44,560 nt of DNA from Pseudomonadota bacterium (GCA_038134595.1 JAYPVM010000016.1:1-44560), one strand, 5' to 3'; positions 28,871-38,734 are shown, counted from the first letter of the stretch. Program-made: numbers and translations. The notes: generated by a model from the sequence alone, not told the origin.

Positions 28871-31102
28871 ACTACCATTTCGGCACGATATCTTTACCAT
28901 CCCACCGTCTCGTAATGAGCCAAACAAGATTTCATCTGCCAGTTTATCCTTTAACTCTTTTTGGATAAGGCGAGCCATTGGCCGAGCTCCAAATACTGGA
29001 TCAAAACCTTTCTTTGCAAGCCACTGCTTCGCCGATTCCGATACATCAAACGAGATCTTACGCTCCGCTAATTGAACCTCTAGTTCTCTGATAAATTTAT
29101 CAACCACTTTAATTACTACTGGCATCGGTAACGATGAGAAGTATACCGTTTCATCGAGCCGATTCCTAAATTCTGGCTTAAACAAGAGTTTCACAGCAGA
29201 GTCTCTAAAATCACTACTTGATCCCGCACCAAAACCGATTCCGGCGGCTTTTTCAGAGCCTGCATTCGTTGTGTATATGACAATAATGTTTCTAAAGTCA
29301 GCCGCTCGTCCCTGCGAATCTGTTAATGTTGCGGTATCCATAATCTGAAGAAAGATATTAAAGACATCCGGATGGGCTTTCTCAATCTCATCAAATAGAA
29401 TTACCCCATAGGGATGCTTTTTGGCGTGGTCAACTAACAGTCCTCCCTCCTCATATCCAACGTATCCCGGAGGCGCACCTGTAAACCTCGATACAGTATG
29501 CTTGTCATGGAACTCACTCATATCATACCGCTGAAAATGAACGCCAAGCTCCTCTGCGAGCGCTTTTGCTAGCTCCGTTTTACCAACGCCGGTTGGACCT
29601 GCAAAAAGAAAACTTCCTATGGGCTTTGAAATAGACTGTAAGCTTGCCCTACTCCTCTTGATTGCCCGTGCCACAGCCTCCACCGCAGCATCTTGTCCAA
29701 AAACTCTGGATTTTAAGTTCGCTTCCAGACCTTGTAGGATCTCTTTATCCGATGAGCTAACACTACGAATAGGCACCCGTGCTATCGAAGACACAACGGC
29801 CTCAATACTACGCTCTGATATGGTTTTTCTCCGTTTGCCCTTGGGTAGCAATGAATTCGATGCACCCGCCTCATCTATCACATCGATAGCCTTATCGGGC
29901 AAAAAACGATCCGGAATATGTTTTGCCGCCAACTCAACGGCAGCGCGTAGTGCTTTTGCAGAAAAGGTCACCCCGTGATACGCCTCAAACCGGTCTTTGA
30001 GACCTTCAAGAATAGCCACCGCGTCGTCAACCGAAGGTTCTGGAAGATCAACGGGCGAAAATCGCCTGCTAAGCGCTCGGTCTTTCTCTATCGTCTTTTT
30101 ATAGTCAGCGTGAGTGGTACTGCCCATACAGCGAATTTCACCTGAAGCCAAGGCTGGCTTTAATAAATTAGCTGCGTCTAGCGAGCCGTTACCCGTTGAA
30201 CCAGCTCCTACGACCGTGTGAATCTCATCAACAAAGAGTATCGCCTTGGGCCGCTTCTCTATTTCGCTCAAAACCTTCTTTATTCGTTCCTCGAACTCAC
30301 CACGAAACTTAGTGCCTGCAATGAGACTACCCATATTCAATGAGAAAACTTCAGCTTCGTACAACTGCTCCGGAACTTCTTGTGCAACGATCTTCATTGC
30401 AATTGCATGAGCCATAGCGGTTTTTCCAACCCCTGGCTCTCCCAAAAAAAGAGGGTTGTTCTTTTGTCGTCTACACAGAATCTTTATCGTTCGCTCGATT
30501 TCACCCTCTCGTCCTACGACCGGATCTAATTTCTCCTCACGAGCCAATGCAGTTAGATCCTCGGTAAACACCGCTAGTGCCGAGCCATGCGGCACACCAG
30601 ATTCAAATGACTCCCGTTCCTCTTCATCAAGCTCAGACAACAGCTCTTTATCTCTCTGTCTACCGGTTCCGTGAGCGAGATATTCTACAACATCAAGCCG
30701 GCCTATCCCTTGTCGCGCAAGAAAGTACACAGCATGCGATTCCTCTTCTGAAAATATCGCCACAAACACTTCAATCGGGGTAATGACGTCTTTATTTGAA
30801 CTACGTGCCTGCAGAATTGCCTGTTGCAACACGCGCTGTACCGCCGGTGTCTGCGTGGGTTCGGTAGCAATACCCTCTACAACGTGTGTTGGAATAGTCT
30901 CAATGTTGTTATCAAAAAATTGCTCAAGCTCCTTACGAAGCGTGGGAACTTGAGCACCAACATTTTCTAAAATCTCCAAAATGTGTTCGTCAAACGTCAG
31001 TGAATACAGAAGATGCTCTAGGCAAAAAAATGCATGCCGTCTTGTTGAGGCTTCTCGAAATGCTGCTTCTAACGTTAATCCTAATTCCGTGCTAAACATC
31101 AC
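28841..31102 (-). CDS. clpA: ATP-dependent Clp protease ATP-binding subunit ClpA
   Basis: Clp N domain, two AAA modules (GEPGVGKT, GPTGVGKT), RFLPDKAID, IGF loop, GARP; coupled to clpS; start GTG 31102 or ATG 31099. Confidence 0.96.
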   Translation of the reverse strand: MMFSTELGLTLEAAFREASTRRHAFFCLEHLLYSLTFDEHILEILENVGAQVPTLRKELEQFFDNNIETIPTHVVEGIATEPTQTPAVQRVLQQAILQARSSNKDVITPIEVFVAIFSEEESHAVYFLARQGIGRLDVVEYLAHGTGRQRDKELLSELDEEERESFESGVPHGSALAVFTEDLTALAREEKLDPVVGREGEIERTIKILCRRQKNNPLFLGEPGVGKTAMAHAIAMKIVAQEVPEQLYEAEVFSLNMGSLIAGTKFRGEFEERIKKVLSEIEKRPKAILFVDEIHTVVGAGSTGNGSLDAANLLKPALASGEIRCMGSTTHADYKKTIEKDRALSRRFSPVDLPEPSVDDAVAILEGLKDRFEAYHGVTFSAKALRAAVELAAKHIPDRFLPDKAIDVIDEAGASNSLLPKGKRRKTISERSIEAVVSSIARVPIRSVSSSDKEILQGLEANLKSRVFGQDAAVEAVARAIKRSRASLQSISKPIGSFLFAGPTGVGKTELAKALAEELGVHFQRYDMSEFHDKHTVSRFTGAPPGYVGYEEGGLLVDHAKKHPYGVILFDEIEKAHPDVFNIFLQIMDTATLTDSQGRAADFRNIIVIYTTNAGSEKAAGIGFGAGSSSDFRDSAVKLLFKPEFRNRLDETVYFSSLPMPVVIKVVDKFIRELEVQLAERKISFDVSESAKQWLAKKGFDPVFGARPMARLIQKELKDKLADEILFGSLRDGGMVKISCRNGSLEFKILELV

Positions 31103-31413
31103 GCCTCCTCCATATCACACCGGAGTGGATGCCCCTGACTCCGCGCTCGTTGGTGAACTTGGTCTATCTTAGCTTCTGCGATCTGTTTCGAGAAGATACC
31201 TGCGACACCTTTCCCAACACGATGCACCTGCAACATGATCTGGGTAGCCTCTGAAGGGCTTTTTAAGAAAACTGTTTCCAAAACATGAACAACAAAGTCC
31301 ATAGTTGTATAATCATCATTGATAAGAAGCACCCGAAACATCTTTGGTTTCTGCGTGCGGATACGCTCTTGAACAAGCGTGTCTGAATCTGTTTTCCTTC
31401 GCCTATTAGGCAT
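31099..31413 (-). CDS. clpS: Clp protease adaptor ClpS
   Basis: PKMFRVLLINDDYTTMDFVV, IMLQVH, IAEAK, HPLRC. Confidence 0.96.
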   Translation of the reverse strand: MPNRRRKTDSDTLVQERIRTQKPKMFRVLLINDDYTTMDFVVHVLETVFLKSPSEATQIMLQVHRVGKGVAGIFSKQIAEAKIDQVHQRARSQGHPLRCDMEEA

Positions 31414-31692
31414 GATCGTGCATTCTCAATGTAAATAAAATTCTAGAAGTGCTTCCCCATCGATACAGAATACGGTTTTCCTACAGAGCATGAAGAGGCA
31501 TCCCTTCAGACCTATGTTCTCACCTATAACCACGACCGACAACCATAAAGCACCGTTGGGCAACACCGGCTTAAATGCGCGGTAATATTATCTTTCAAAT
31601 CAGGGCAGTTATCCGTAGAATGTACTTTAACTATCGGTAATTAAGGTTCTTTAAAGGTGCACTTTCACCGGATATTGCACCACTTACAAACC

Positions 31693-32334
31693 ATGAGTAG
31701 ACAACTGTTTCCTCCCATTGAAGATGCAACCGAGGATGGGCTTTTAGCCATCGGGGGAGATCTTCTTCCCGAAACCCTTCTAACAGCGTACTCACAGGGG
31801 ATTTTCCCATGGCCTATCAATCGTGGGATACTCGCCTGGTTTTGTCCTCCACAGCGAGCAGTACTTTTTCTCGACGACTTCTATATATCTCGACGACTCG
31901 CTCGTCACATTAAAACAACTCGATTTACTACCTCCCACAATAAGGACTTCTCATCCGTGATTGAGAAATGCGCCGAGCTCGACAACAGGGGAGAGCAAAA
32001 CGGAACGTGGATTACCGACGAGATTATGGCAGCATATAAAGAGCTTCATGCTCTCGGCATCGCTCACTCATTTGAGACCTATTGCGACGATGAGCTTGTT
32101 GGGGGACTCTACGGGGTACAGGTCGGAAAGTTTTTTGCCGCAGAGTCTAGTTTTTATCGAACATCGAACGCCTCAAAATTCGCAATGCTTGCCCTGCGTC
32201 AATATTTACTCGAGCAAGATATCACCTGGTTTGACTGTCAAATGCTGACGCCCTTCTCCGAGAGTTTTGGTGCCACGGAGATCAATCGCCGTGAGTTCAT
32301 GCAACTACTCAAAATAGCCGTTGATGCCGAGTAA
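31693..32334 (+). CDS. aat: leucyl/phenylalanyl-tRNA--protein transferase
   Basis: GLLAIGGDL, AYSQGIFPW, TWIT, AHSFE, LVGGLYGV, ASKFA, DCQ; ATG 31693 preferred over GTG 31657. Confidence 0.95.
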   Translation: MSRQLFPPIEDATEDGLLAIGGDLLPETLLTAYSQGIFPWPINRGILAWFCPPQRAVLFLDDFYISRRLARHIKTTRFTTSHNKDFSSVIEKCAELDNRGEQNGTWITDEIMAAYKELHALGIAHSFETYCDDELVGGLYGVQVGKFFAAESSFYRTSNASKFAMLALRQYLLEQDITWFDCQMLTPFSESFGATEINRREFMQLLKIAVDAE

Positions 32335-32376
32335 AACACGCGTGCATTCGGGCATTCTTTCTATTGAGATCCTGAT

Positions 32377-32799
32377 CTACTCTGCAGGCCCCCAGTCGGA
32401 AGTCCCAAGAAATCCCTGTACAATATCTGCAATAAGCCACATATCCTCTGATTTGTGATACATAGGAATCGGATTCAAAATCCTCCGGATTCGTTTTAGA
32501 TTATCGTCCTCTAAACCGGTAAGCGCCATCATTGGCGTCTCCGGAAATACCCATGAGAGCTCACGCAAGGTCTTCACACCTACTTCTGCTCCCTGCTTGT
32601 AATCGCACTGCGCCCCACTGGTTGTAAATGGCAACGATAGCTCAGAGACTATCATGTCGGGAGGGTCCATGGTAAACAGCATTTTATATGCCTCATCTGG
32701 ACAATCAGCATCTATGACATCGATATCGCGATTCTCCAGTGCTTCCCGCAAATCTTCTTTGTATTGCTCATTAGTATCAATGACTAAGACAGTCTTCAT
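32377..32799 (-). CDS. single-domain atypical response regulator (pseudo-receiver)
   Basis: receiver fold pattern KTVLVID..PDMIVSELSLP..PMMALTG..YHK; phospho-Asp position is Glu. Confidence 0.75.
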   Translation of the reverse strand: MKTVLVIDTNEQYKEDLREALENRDIDVIDADCPDEAYKMLFTMDPPDMIVSELSLPFTTSGAQCDYKQGAEVGVKTLRELSWVFPETPMMALTGLEDDNLKRIRRILNPIPMYHKSEDMWLIADIVQGFLGTSDWGPAE

Positions 32800-32885
32800 C
32801 GCTTCCGTGCCTCAAAATAGGAGTTAGTTTAGCCCACTAACACTGCTGATACTGAGTCAATCCGTATGACTTGGGTCTACTAGTA

Positions 32886-32913
32886 CCTTCGGCACTCTGA
32901 CTCTCTTGCTTGA
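32886..32913 (-). promoter_or_regulatory. putative sigma28 (FliA) promoter
   Basis: minus strand TCAAG-15 nt-GCCGAAGG, about 90 nt upstream of the pseudo-receiver start. Confidence 0.5.
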
Positions 32914-32998
32914 GGATTTAATTTTGACCAGAAATATCAGGCTCTCAGGTCTAAAGCGGTGTTAGTTTTATCTTTTTTAAAGGCTCGCGCCCTTACCT

Positions 32999-34138
32999 TT
33001 ATTCAAATCCTTGCGGAGAAAAATCAAAGGTCGATCCTGCGCTTTTTTTCTCTAGGGTATCTTTCAACGCCTGATGCTTTTGGAGCACGCTGTCTGGTAA
33101 CATTTTGACTCCGTGCATTACAATCTGTCCGAGAAGCTTCTGAATAGAGGCAATCGACGCATCCTCATCAACATGAGGTATCTCTCCACATTCAATGCTC
33201 TCATAAAGCTCATTTCGCAAAACAATTGCATCTTCTATTGAGACAACATCTCCTGCCATCAAAAAGATATCAAGTCCCGCTCGATGTGCTCTCACTGCAA
33301 AATCACCAGAACGCATGTCCGGTAAGATAGCCTGCATTCCAAGAGCGTCAGAGATCGTCATCCCAGAGTAATGCAATTGTCTCCTCAAAAGATCCACTAG
33401 TATCCTCGGTGATATTGTTGCTTGATTATCCGGATCTATCTCTGGAACAACAAGGTGCCCTGTCATTATCATTTCAATCCCTTCTTGAATGAGGGCTCGA
33501 AAGGGTATGAGCTCACACTGTTCAAGCGCTTCTCTAGTCCGAGAGACCACAGGTAATGCAACATGAGAATCAAGCGAGGTGTCGCCGTGACCCGGAAAGT
33601 GTTTTGCACAAGGAATAATTCGTTGCGCTCGATACTCTCCGGCACTACATAAAGCAGCCTTCGCAACGACCTCTGGTGACGTTGAAAATGCTCGCCGATG
33701 AATCACTGGATTTTGAGGGTTTGAATGAACATCTGCCACCGGAGAGAACGTTAGATTAATACCTAACGACGCAAGTTCTATCGCCATAGCCCGACTAACC
33801 TCACGAACCATAGAGAGAGACTCTCCGTACGTCATCGCATACGGAAACTGTGTAATTGGCGCAGGAAATCGATGGACTTGCCCCCCCTCATGATCTACAC
33901 AGGTCACTATCGCATCACGACCAATAGCCGCCCGAACATCGTGCAACAACTGCCGATAGGATTCCAACCACTCCGAATAGGAGACATCCTGAAGAAAGTT
34001 TCGCCGCCGAAACATCACTCCTAGAGGTTTCAATTCGGCGAGCAGTTCTTTTTCACGCGATGATAGCGAGACACTCTGCGGCTCAACGATGAATCGGAGT
34101 CCCAAACGCTCTAACATCGCGGCCTTGGTATTAGACAT
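32999..34138 (-). CDS. nagZ: beta-N-acetylhexosaminidase, GH3
   Basis: VDHEGGQVHR, SPVADV, KHFPGHGDTSLDSH (NagZ motif), ISDALGM nucleophile; GAGGTG RBS. Confidence 0.9.
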   Translation of the reverse strand: MSNTKAAMLERLGLRFIVEPQSVSLSSREKELLAELKPLGVMFRRRNFLQDVSYSEWLESYRQLLHDVRAAIGRDAIVTCVDHEGGQVHRFPAPITQFPYAMTYGESLSMVREVSRAMAIELASLGINLTFSPVADVHSNPQNPVIHRRAFSTSPEVVAKAALCSAGEYRAQRIIPCAKHFPGHGDTSLDSHVALPVVSRTREALEQCELIPFRALIQEGIEMIMTGHLVVPEIDPDNQATISPRILVDLLRRQLHYSGMTISDALGMQAILPDMRSGDFAVRAHRAGLDIFLMAGDVVSIEDAIVLRNELYESIECGEIPHVDEDASIASIQKLLGQIVMHGVKMLPDSVLQKHQALKDTLEKKSAGSTFDFSPQGFE

Positions 34139-34201
34139 GCCACCTCTTTGATAATTTGTAGAGAAACAAACGCTTAAGCTAGACCACCTCGAAGCAGCTT
34201 G

Positions 34202-34714
34202 CTAGTACTGCAATTCCATCCGCTTAAAGTCGTCGTATTTAGGATCACGCTCTTCCCAATATGACTCAGATCCATCCTTAAAGCTTACGTTCATCCGCCT
34301 TATGCCACAACATTTTAGTACAAATGCCATCGGAATAAACCCTACGCACCATGTAACACTTAAGAACACAAACGTCATTACAACAGAAAGGTAGTGAGCA
34401 ATTTTCATCCATCCGCGCCAAAGAGGAAGAAGAACTCGCGGAGCAGATATTCCCAACAAACCAAAGGTGAGTCCAATGCTTAAGTATGCACTAACTTCCA
34501 TTACTGGTGCATGCTTGTAGAGCTTCCAAGCCCCAGCAACGCATCCCACGAGGCAGAATAACGAGCCAAAGTCTCTTACGTGACGACGCACAGGCTTGCC
34601 AAATGAAATCACATCTAACGGATCGCGCGCTACTTTGCCCTTGGGTTGAATTTGATCGTCGTTTTGATTTAATCCAACTCGAACTTGCTCTTCCAGTCTT
34701 CTTGCTCCTTCCAC
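34202..34714 (-). CDS. SxtJ-family small membrane protein
   Basis: RDFG, PLWRGWMKIA, ESYWEER, MELQY C-terminus; overlaps the carbamoyltransferase end; start uncertain (GTG 34714, ORF track 34786). Confidence 0.75.
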   Translation of the reverse strand: MEGARRLEEQVRVGLNQNDDQIQPKGKVARDPLDVISFGKPVRRHVRDFGSLFCLVGCVAGAWKLYKHAPVMEVSAYLSIGLTFGLLGISAPRVLLPLWRGWMKIAHYLSVVMTFVFLSVTWCVGFIPMAFVLKCCGIRRMNVSFKDGSESYWEERDPKYDDFKRMELQY

Positions 34715-36486
34715 TTCGGTTGCTCCTCTTTCAACATTACTAAATTGCCGATCACCAATGCATCCATATCGGTGCGCATAAAACATGCATACGCATCCGA
34801 TGGGGTGCAGACAATAGGCTCTCCGCGGACATTAAAACTTGTATTCACCAACACCGGACAGCCGGTCTTTGCCTTGAAGGCAGAGAGCAACTTATAGAAA
34901 CACGGGTGTTGCGATAAAGTAACGGTTTGAACTCTTGCTGAATAATCAACATGTGTGACAGCTGGAATGTCTGATTTTGGCACATTGAGCTTAGCGATTC
35001 CAAACAAGTTTTTCTCCTCGCTGGTCATATCACGTCGCCGCTCCTTATTGATGGGGGCAACAAGTAACATGTAGGGAGAATCGTAATTTAACTCAAAATA
35101 TTCAGAAACATGCTCTCTCATAACCGCCGGAGCAAAGGGGCGAAACGACTCTCGAAACTTAATCTTTAAGTTCATCGTTGCCTGCATCTTCTCAGAGCGC
35201 GGGTCTCCTAGAATGCTACGATTACCGAGTGCGCGAGGTCCAAACTCCATCCTACCCTGAAACCATCCAACGACCTTCTCCTGAGAGAGAAGCTCTGCGG
35301 TGGTTTGAAAGAGGTCGTCGTTTTCCACCCTGCGAACTACCGCCCCAAACTCGGCAAGCTCCGCACAAGCATCATCATCAGAATGGGAGGGACCCAACAA
35401 AGACGAACTCTGCAGATCCGTCCGCTCGTTACACTCACGAGGCTTATCCAAGTATCCATACCACGTGCACAAGGCTGCCCCCAATGCTCCGCCGGCATCT
35501 CCAGCGGCAGGTTGAATCCATATGTTCTCAAACGGGCCTTCGGCTAACAATTTGCCGTTGCCGACACAATTTAGCGCAACTCCGCCGGCCATGACTAAAT
35601 TCTTCAGTCCTGTCTCTTTATGAAGATAATTTGCCTGTCGCAACATGCATTCTTCAACTACTACTTGCACCGAAGCGGCCAAGTCCATCTCTCTCTGCGT
35701 AAGTGGAGTTTCTGGTTTTCGGCGCGGCCCATCAAAAATGGCATCGAAGCCATCATTGGTCATCGATAGACCCGACATATAATTGAAGTACTTAAGATTA
35801 AGGTGATAGGAGCCATCCTCTTTGAGATCAAGCACGTTATCGTAAATCGCTTGCACATAACGGGGCTCTCCGTATGGAGCTAATCCCATTACTTTATACT
35901 CACCAGAGTTAACCTTAAATCCCGTAAAGTACGTGAATGCAGAATAGAGAAGCCCTATTGAGTGAGGAAACTTTATCTCTCGAAGTAGCTTAAAAGAATT
36001 TCCACTACCAACCCCCAAACTGTTTGTCGTCCACTCTCCTACTCCATCGATCGTTAAAATCGCTGCCTCGTTATACGGCGAAGGATAAAAGGCAGAACCA
36101 GCGTGACTCTGATGATGCTCGGTAAACAAGACCTCACCGTCGTATGAAAGTTCATTCCTGATAGCATCCGGGATCCAGAGCTTCTCTTTGAGCCATAACG
36201 GCATCGCACGCGCGTAAGAGGTAAACCCCTTTGGGGCTGTTGAAAGGTAGGTCTCCAACAGTCTTTCAAATTTTAGAAGAGGTTTGTCGTAAAACGATAC
36301 ATAATCGATATCATCTATCGTTAGCCCTCCCTCCCGAAGACAATAATCCACCGCCATGCGAGGAAAATCTGGGTCATGCTTTCTACGAGTGAAACGCTCC
36401 TCTTGTGCTGCCGCTACAATAACTCCGTCTCTCACCAAACACGCCGCACTATCGTGATAAAAAGCTGATATTCCAAGAATATTCAT
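34669..36486 (-). CDS. O-carbamoyltransferase, NodU/CmcH family
   Basis: ILGISAFYHDSAA, AQEERFTRRKH, HHQSHA, DGVGEW, GEYKVMGLAPYG, GGVALNC, EFGPRALGNRS, RESFRPFAP, NTSFNVRGEP. Confidence 0.95.
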   Translation of the reverse strand: MNILGISAFYHDSAACLVRDGVIVAAAQEERFTRRKHDPDFPRMAVDYCLREGGLTIDDIDYVSFYDKPLLKFERLLETYLSTAPKGFTSYARAMPLWLKEKLWIPDAIRNELSYDGEVLFTEHHQSHAGSAFYPSPYNEAAILTIDGVGEWTTNSLGVGSGNSFKLLREIKFPHSIGLLYSAFTYFTGFKVNSGEYKVMGLAPYGEPRYVQAIYDNVLDLKEDGSYHLNLKYFNYMSGLSMTNDGFDAIFDGPRRKPETPLTQREMDLAASVQVVVEECMLRQANYLHKETGLKNLVMAGGVALNCVGNGKLLAEGPFENIWIQPAAGDAGGALGAALCTWYGYLDKPRECNERTDLQSSSLLGPSHSDDDACAELAEFGAVVRRVENDDLFQTTAELLSQEKVVGWFQGRMEFGPRALGNRSILGDPRSEKMQATMNLKIKFRESFRPFAPAVMREHVSEYFELNYDSPYMLLVAPINKERRRDMTSEEKNLFGIAKLNVPKSDIPAVTHVDYSARVQTVTLSQHPCFYKLLSAFKAKTGCPVLVNTSFNVRGEPIVCTPSDAYACFMRTDMDALVIGNLVMLKEEQPKWKEQEDWKSKFELD

Positions 36487-36836
36487 ACGTATCTAACCGC
36501 CACTAAAACTTAATTTCCTATTATACACACATGTCTTCACTAATATACACCACTTGCGAATTGGCATCCGGCAGGGGCGCTGACAAAATCGCTTGTTAGT
36601 ATTAGAAACACTCTAAACTTACTTAAACCCATTAATTTACTTACAAAGTCGCCAAGATTCTACAGCGTTTTGCTCCATATGGCTAGCTAGAGAGGTGAGC
36701 TCACCCATAGCAACACACGTCTTTTCCAGAGCTCTGCCCCTTGCATCTCACTGGCCTGACAGATACGTTAGGATTCCCATGCAAGTACGCAAGCAAAACA
36801 AGTAAGCAACAAAACAAAACGTGGGTTCTTACAACA

Positions 36837-37631
36837 ATGACGGCAACCCGTAGCTCCATATCTGCTTTCATCGTCTGCTGTAATGAAGAGCAGAAAATCC
36901 GACGGTGCCTTGAAAGCCTCTCCTGGTGCGATGAGATCATCGTCGTTGACTCTGGATCAACTGACACTACACTCCAAATATGCTCCGAGCTCGGCGCCAC
37001 GGTTTATCATCAACCATGGCTGGGATACATCGAGCAAAAACGCTACGCCCTATCTCTTTGTTCAAGCACATGGATTCTCAACCTTGACGCCGACGAAGTG
37101 GTATCAGACACCCTGCGAGAAGAACTTGTTGATATCCTCGCCCGTGATGCAGTAGGGGCCATACGTGAAGACGGCTTTTTGCTTAATCGAGTAGTATTCT
37201 TTCTTAATCGGTGGTGGCGTCGGGGTGGATGGTATCCAGAATACCGTCTCCGTCTTTGTCGCCGAGACAAAACAACCTGGGGTGGAAACGAGCCACATGA
37301 GAAAGCCATTGTCTCCGGTGCAACTGCCCGCTGTAAAGGAGAGCTTCAACATTTCTCGTTCTCGGACTTACAAGATTTCATCGCTCGCTCCAATACCCTC
37401 TCATCAAATTCAATTCCCACCCTTTTAGCCAAGGGCACCCGTTTTTCGGGGGCTCACCTTCTCCTACGACCCCTGGCTCGGTTTATAAAGTTTTATCTGA
37501 TTAAGCGTGGATTCCGAGAGGGATACGCGGGGCTAATCATCGCTCTTCTTGAAGCCTCTGCTGTATTGGCAAAGTACGCAAAGCTTTGGGAACAGACACG
37601 ACTTTCAAACCCAGATGAAAAAAACTCATAG
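36837..37631 (+). CDS. GT2, LPS beta-1,4-glucosyltransferase-like (WaaE/KdtX type)
   Basis: NEEQKIRRCLESL, VVDSGSTD, WLGYIEQK, LDADE, GGWYP, HE, GFREG..G, KYAK. Confidence 0.88.
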   Translation: MTATRSSISAFIVCCNEEQKIRRCLESLSWCDEIIVVDSGSTDTTLQICSELGATVYHQPWLGYIEQKRYALSLCSSTWILNLDADEVVSDTLREELVDILARDAVGAIREDGFLLNRVVFFLNRWWRRGGWYPEYRLRLCRRDKTTWGGNEPHEKAIVSGATARCKGELQHFSFSDLQDFIARSNTLSSNSIPTLLAKGTRFSGAHLLLRPLARFIKFYLIKRGFREGYAGLIIALLEASAVLAKYAKLWEQTRLSNPDEKNS

Positions 37632-37857
37632 GAACATACCGCTTGCTGTGACCGAACCTTCAGCACCCATCGATATCAATCACATTAGAATTTAAGTACG
37701 CTACCGGGCACCTAACCAGTTACATGACATAAGTGCCTGATAATAGGTTTGCCAATTTCAAGTAAGGTCGCTTTTTCAAAACGAAGCATCATAACCTTTA
37801 CGCAGTCGAATAAACCACAAATCAGGCGATGTAGCTTCAAACAAACCAAGGCACACC

Positions 37858-38142
37858 ATGAAAATACGCACCCTTCTCATCTCTAAAAGAGCTCTTACAG
37901 CAGTGATGATTATGGCTACTGGCGTAGCAGTGCTGGTCGCATGTAGCTCCCCATCTCCGACAATTGCGCATAAACGCCCGCCAAAACTAGCGTCTGATAA
38001 AGACCGAGCCTCCCTTTCACTACCCGTTCTAAAACGTAGGGGCCCACTCACGCAGCAGGAGTTAAGAAACGGAGCCGCTCCCGTTGAGGTACACCATCGT
38101 TCAATAAGACACGGCTCGCCTCTAGAGCACGAAAGAAGATAA
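37858..38142 (+). CDS. putative small basic lipoprotein
   Basis: basic N-term, hydrophobic stretch, lipobox LVAC followed by SSPSP. Confidence 0.5.
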   Translation: MKIRTLLISKRALTAVMIMATGVAVLVACSSPSPTIAHKRPPKLASDKDRASLSLPVLKRRGPLTQQELRNGAAPVEVHHRSIRHGSPLEHERR

Positions 38143-38184
38143 TCCCTTAACAAATCGGGCACTACACCCACTTGTTAGCAATAA

Positions 38185-38442
38185 TTAGTGTCCGCAGGAC
38201 AAAGCCTCATCCCCGTGGCTATGGCTATGCCCCTTTGACTTGCCACATTCACACGCCGACTTTTTTCCGGCCTTGCAACTTGCGCACTGACAGGAAGACT
38301 TTTTAGATTTACATGCACTACACATCTCGGCTGATTTGTGCTTATCGGCACAATGACACGAATGCGCTCCGAGGTGATGCATTATTCCGCAACCAGAAAG
38401 ACCAAAGGCACACAAAGCTATAGTTAGAGCTATCTTTTTCAT
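38185..38442 (-). CDS. Cys/His-rich small lipoprotein, metallothionein-like
   Basis: MKK + hydrophobic core + LSGC lipobox; mature part has CHC, CSAC, CQCASC, CEC, HSHSH, CGH; GAGAGG RBS. Confidence 0.75.
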   Translation of the reverse strand: MKKIALTIALCAFGLSGCGIMHHLGAHSCHCADKHKSAEMCSACKSKKSSCQCASCKAGKKSACECGKSKGHSHSHGDEALSCGH

Positions 38443-38734
38443 CAACAAACCTCTCTTCTTGAATATATTTGATCTGCTCTTTTAGTATTCATGACTTTAC
38501 AGCATACCGCAACTAGATTGCGGTTTTGGAGGTGCGTTCTGACATAATGCTTGTTACATTGCGACCGATGTCTAAAAACTAAGCAAAACCTCTAAGAGGG
38601 CGTACCTCTCGGATCTCTTCAATATAGTTGATAGTTTTGGGTCATCAAACAAAGTCGGTGTTCAGGGCGATCTTTATGCTGCTAGGCCAGTATTTAGAGG
38701 AGTCTTACATCGTTATTTTCATAGGGATTACATT

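Noticed and set aside
34202..36486. Saxitoxin biosynthesis
   Set aside because: sxtI/J-like pairs are widespread, and there are no sxtA/G/B or other core genes here
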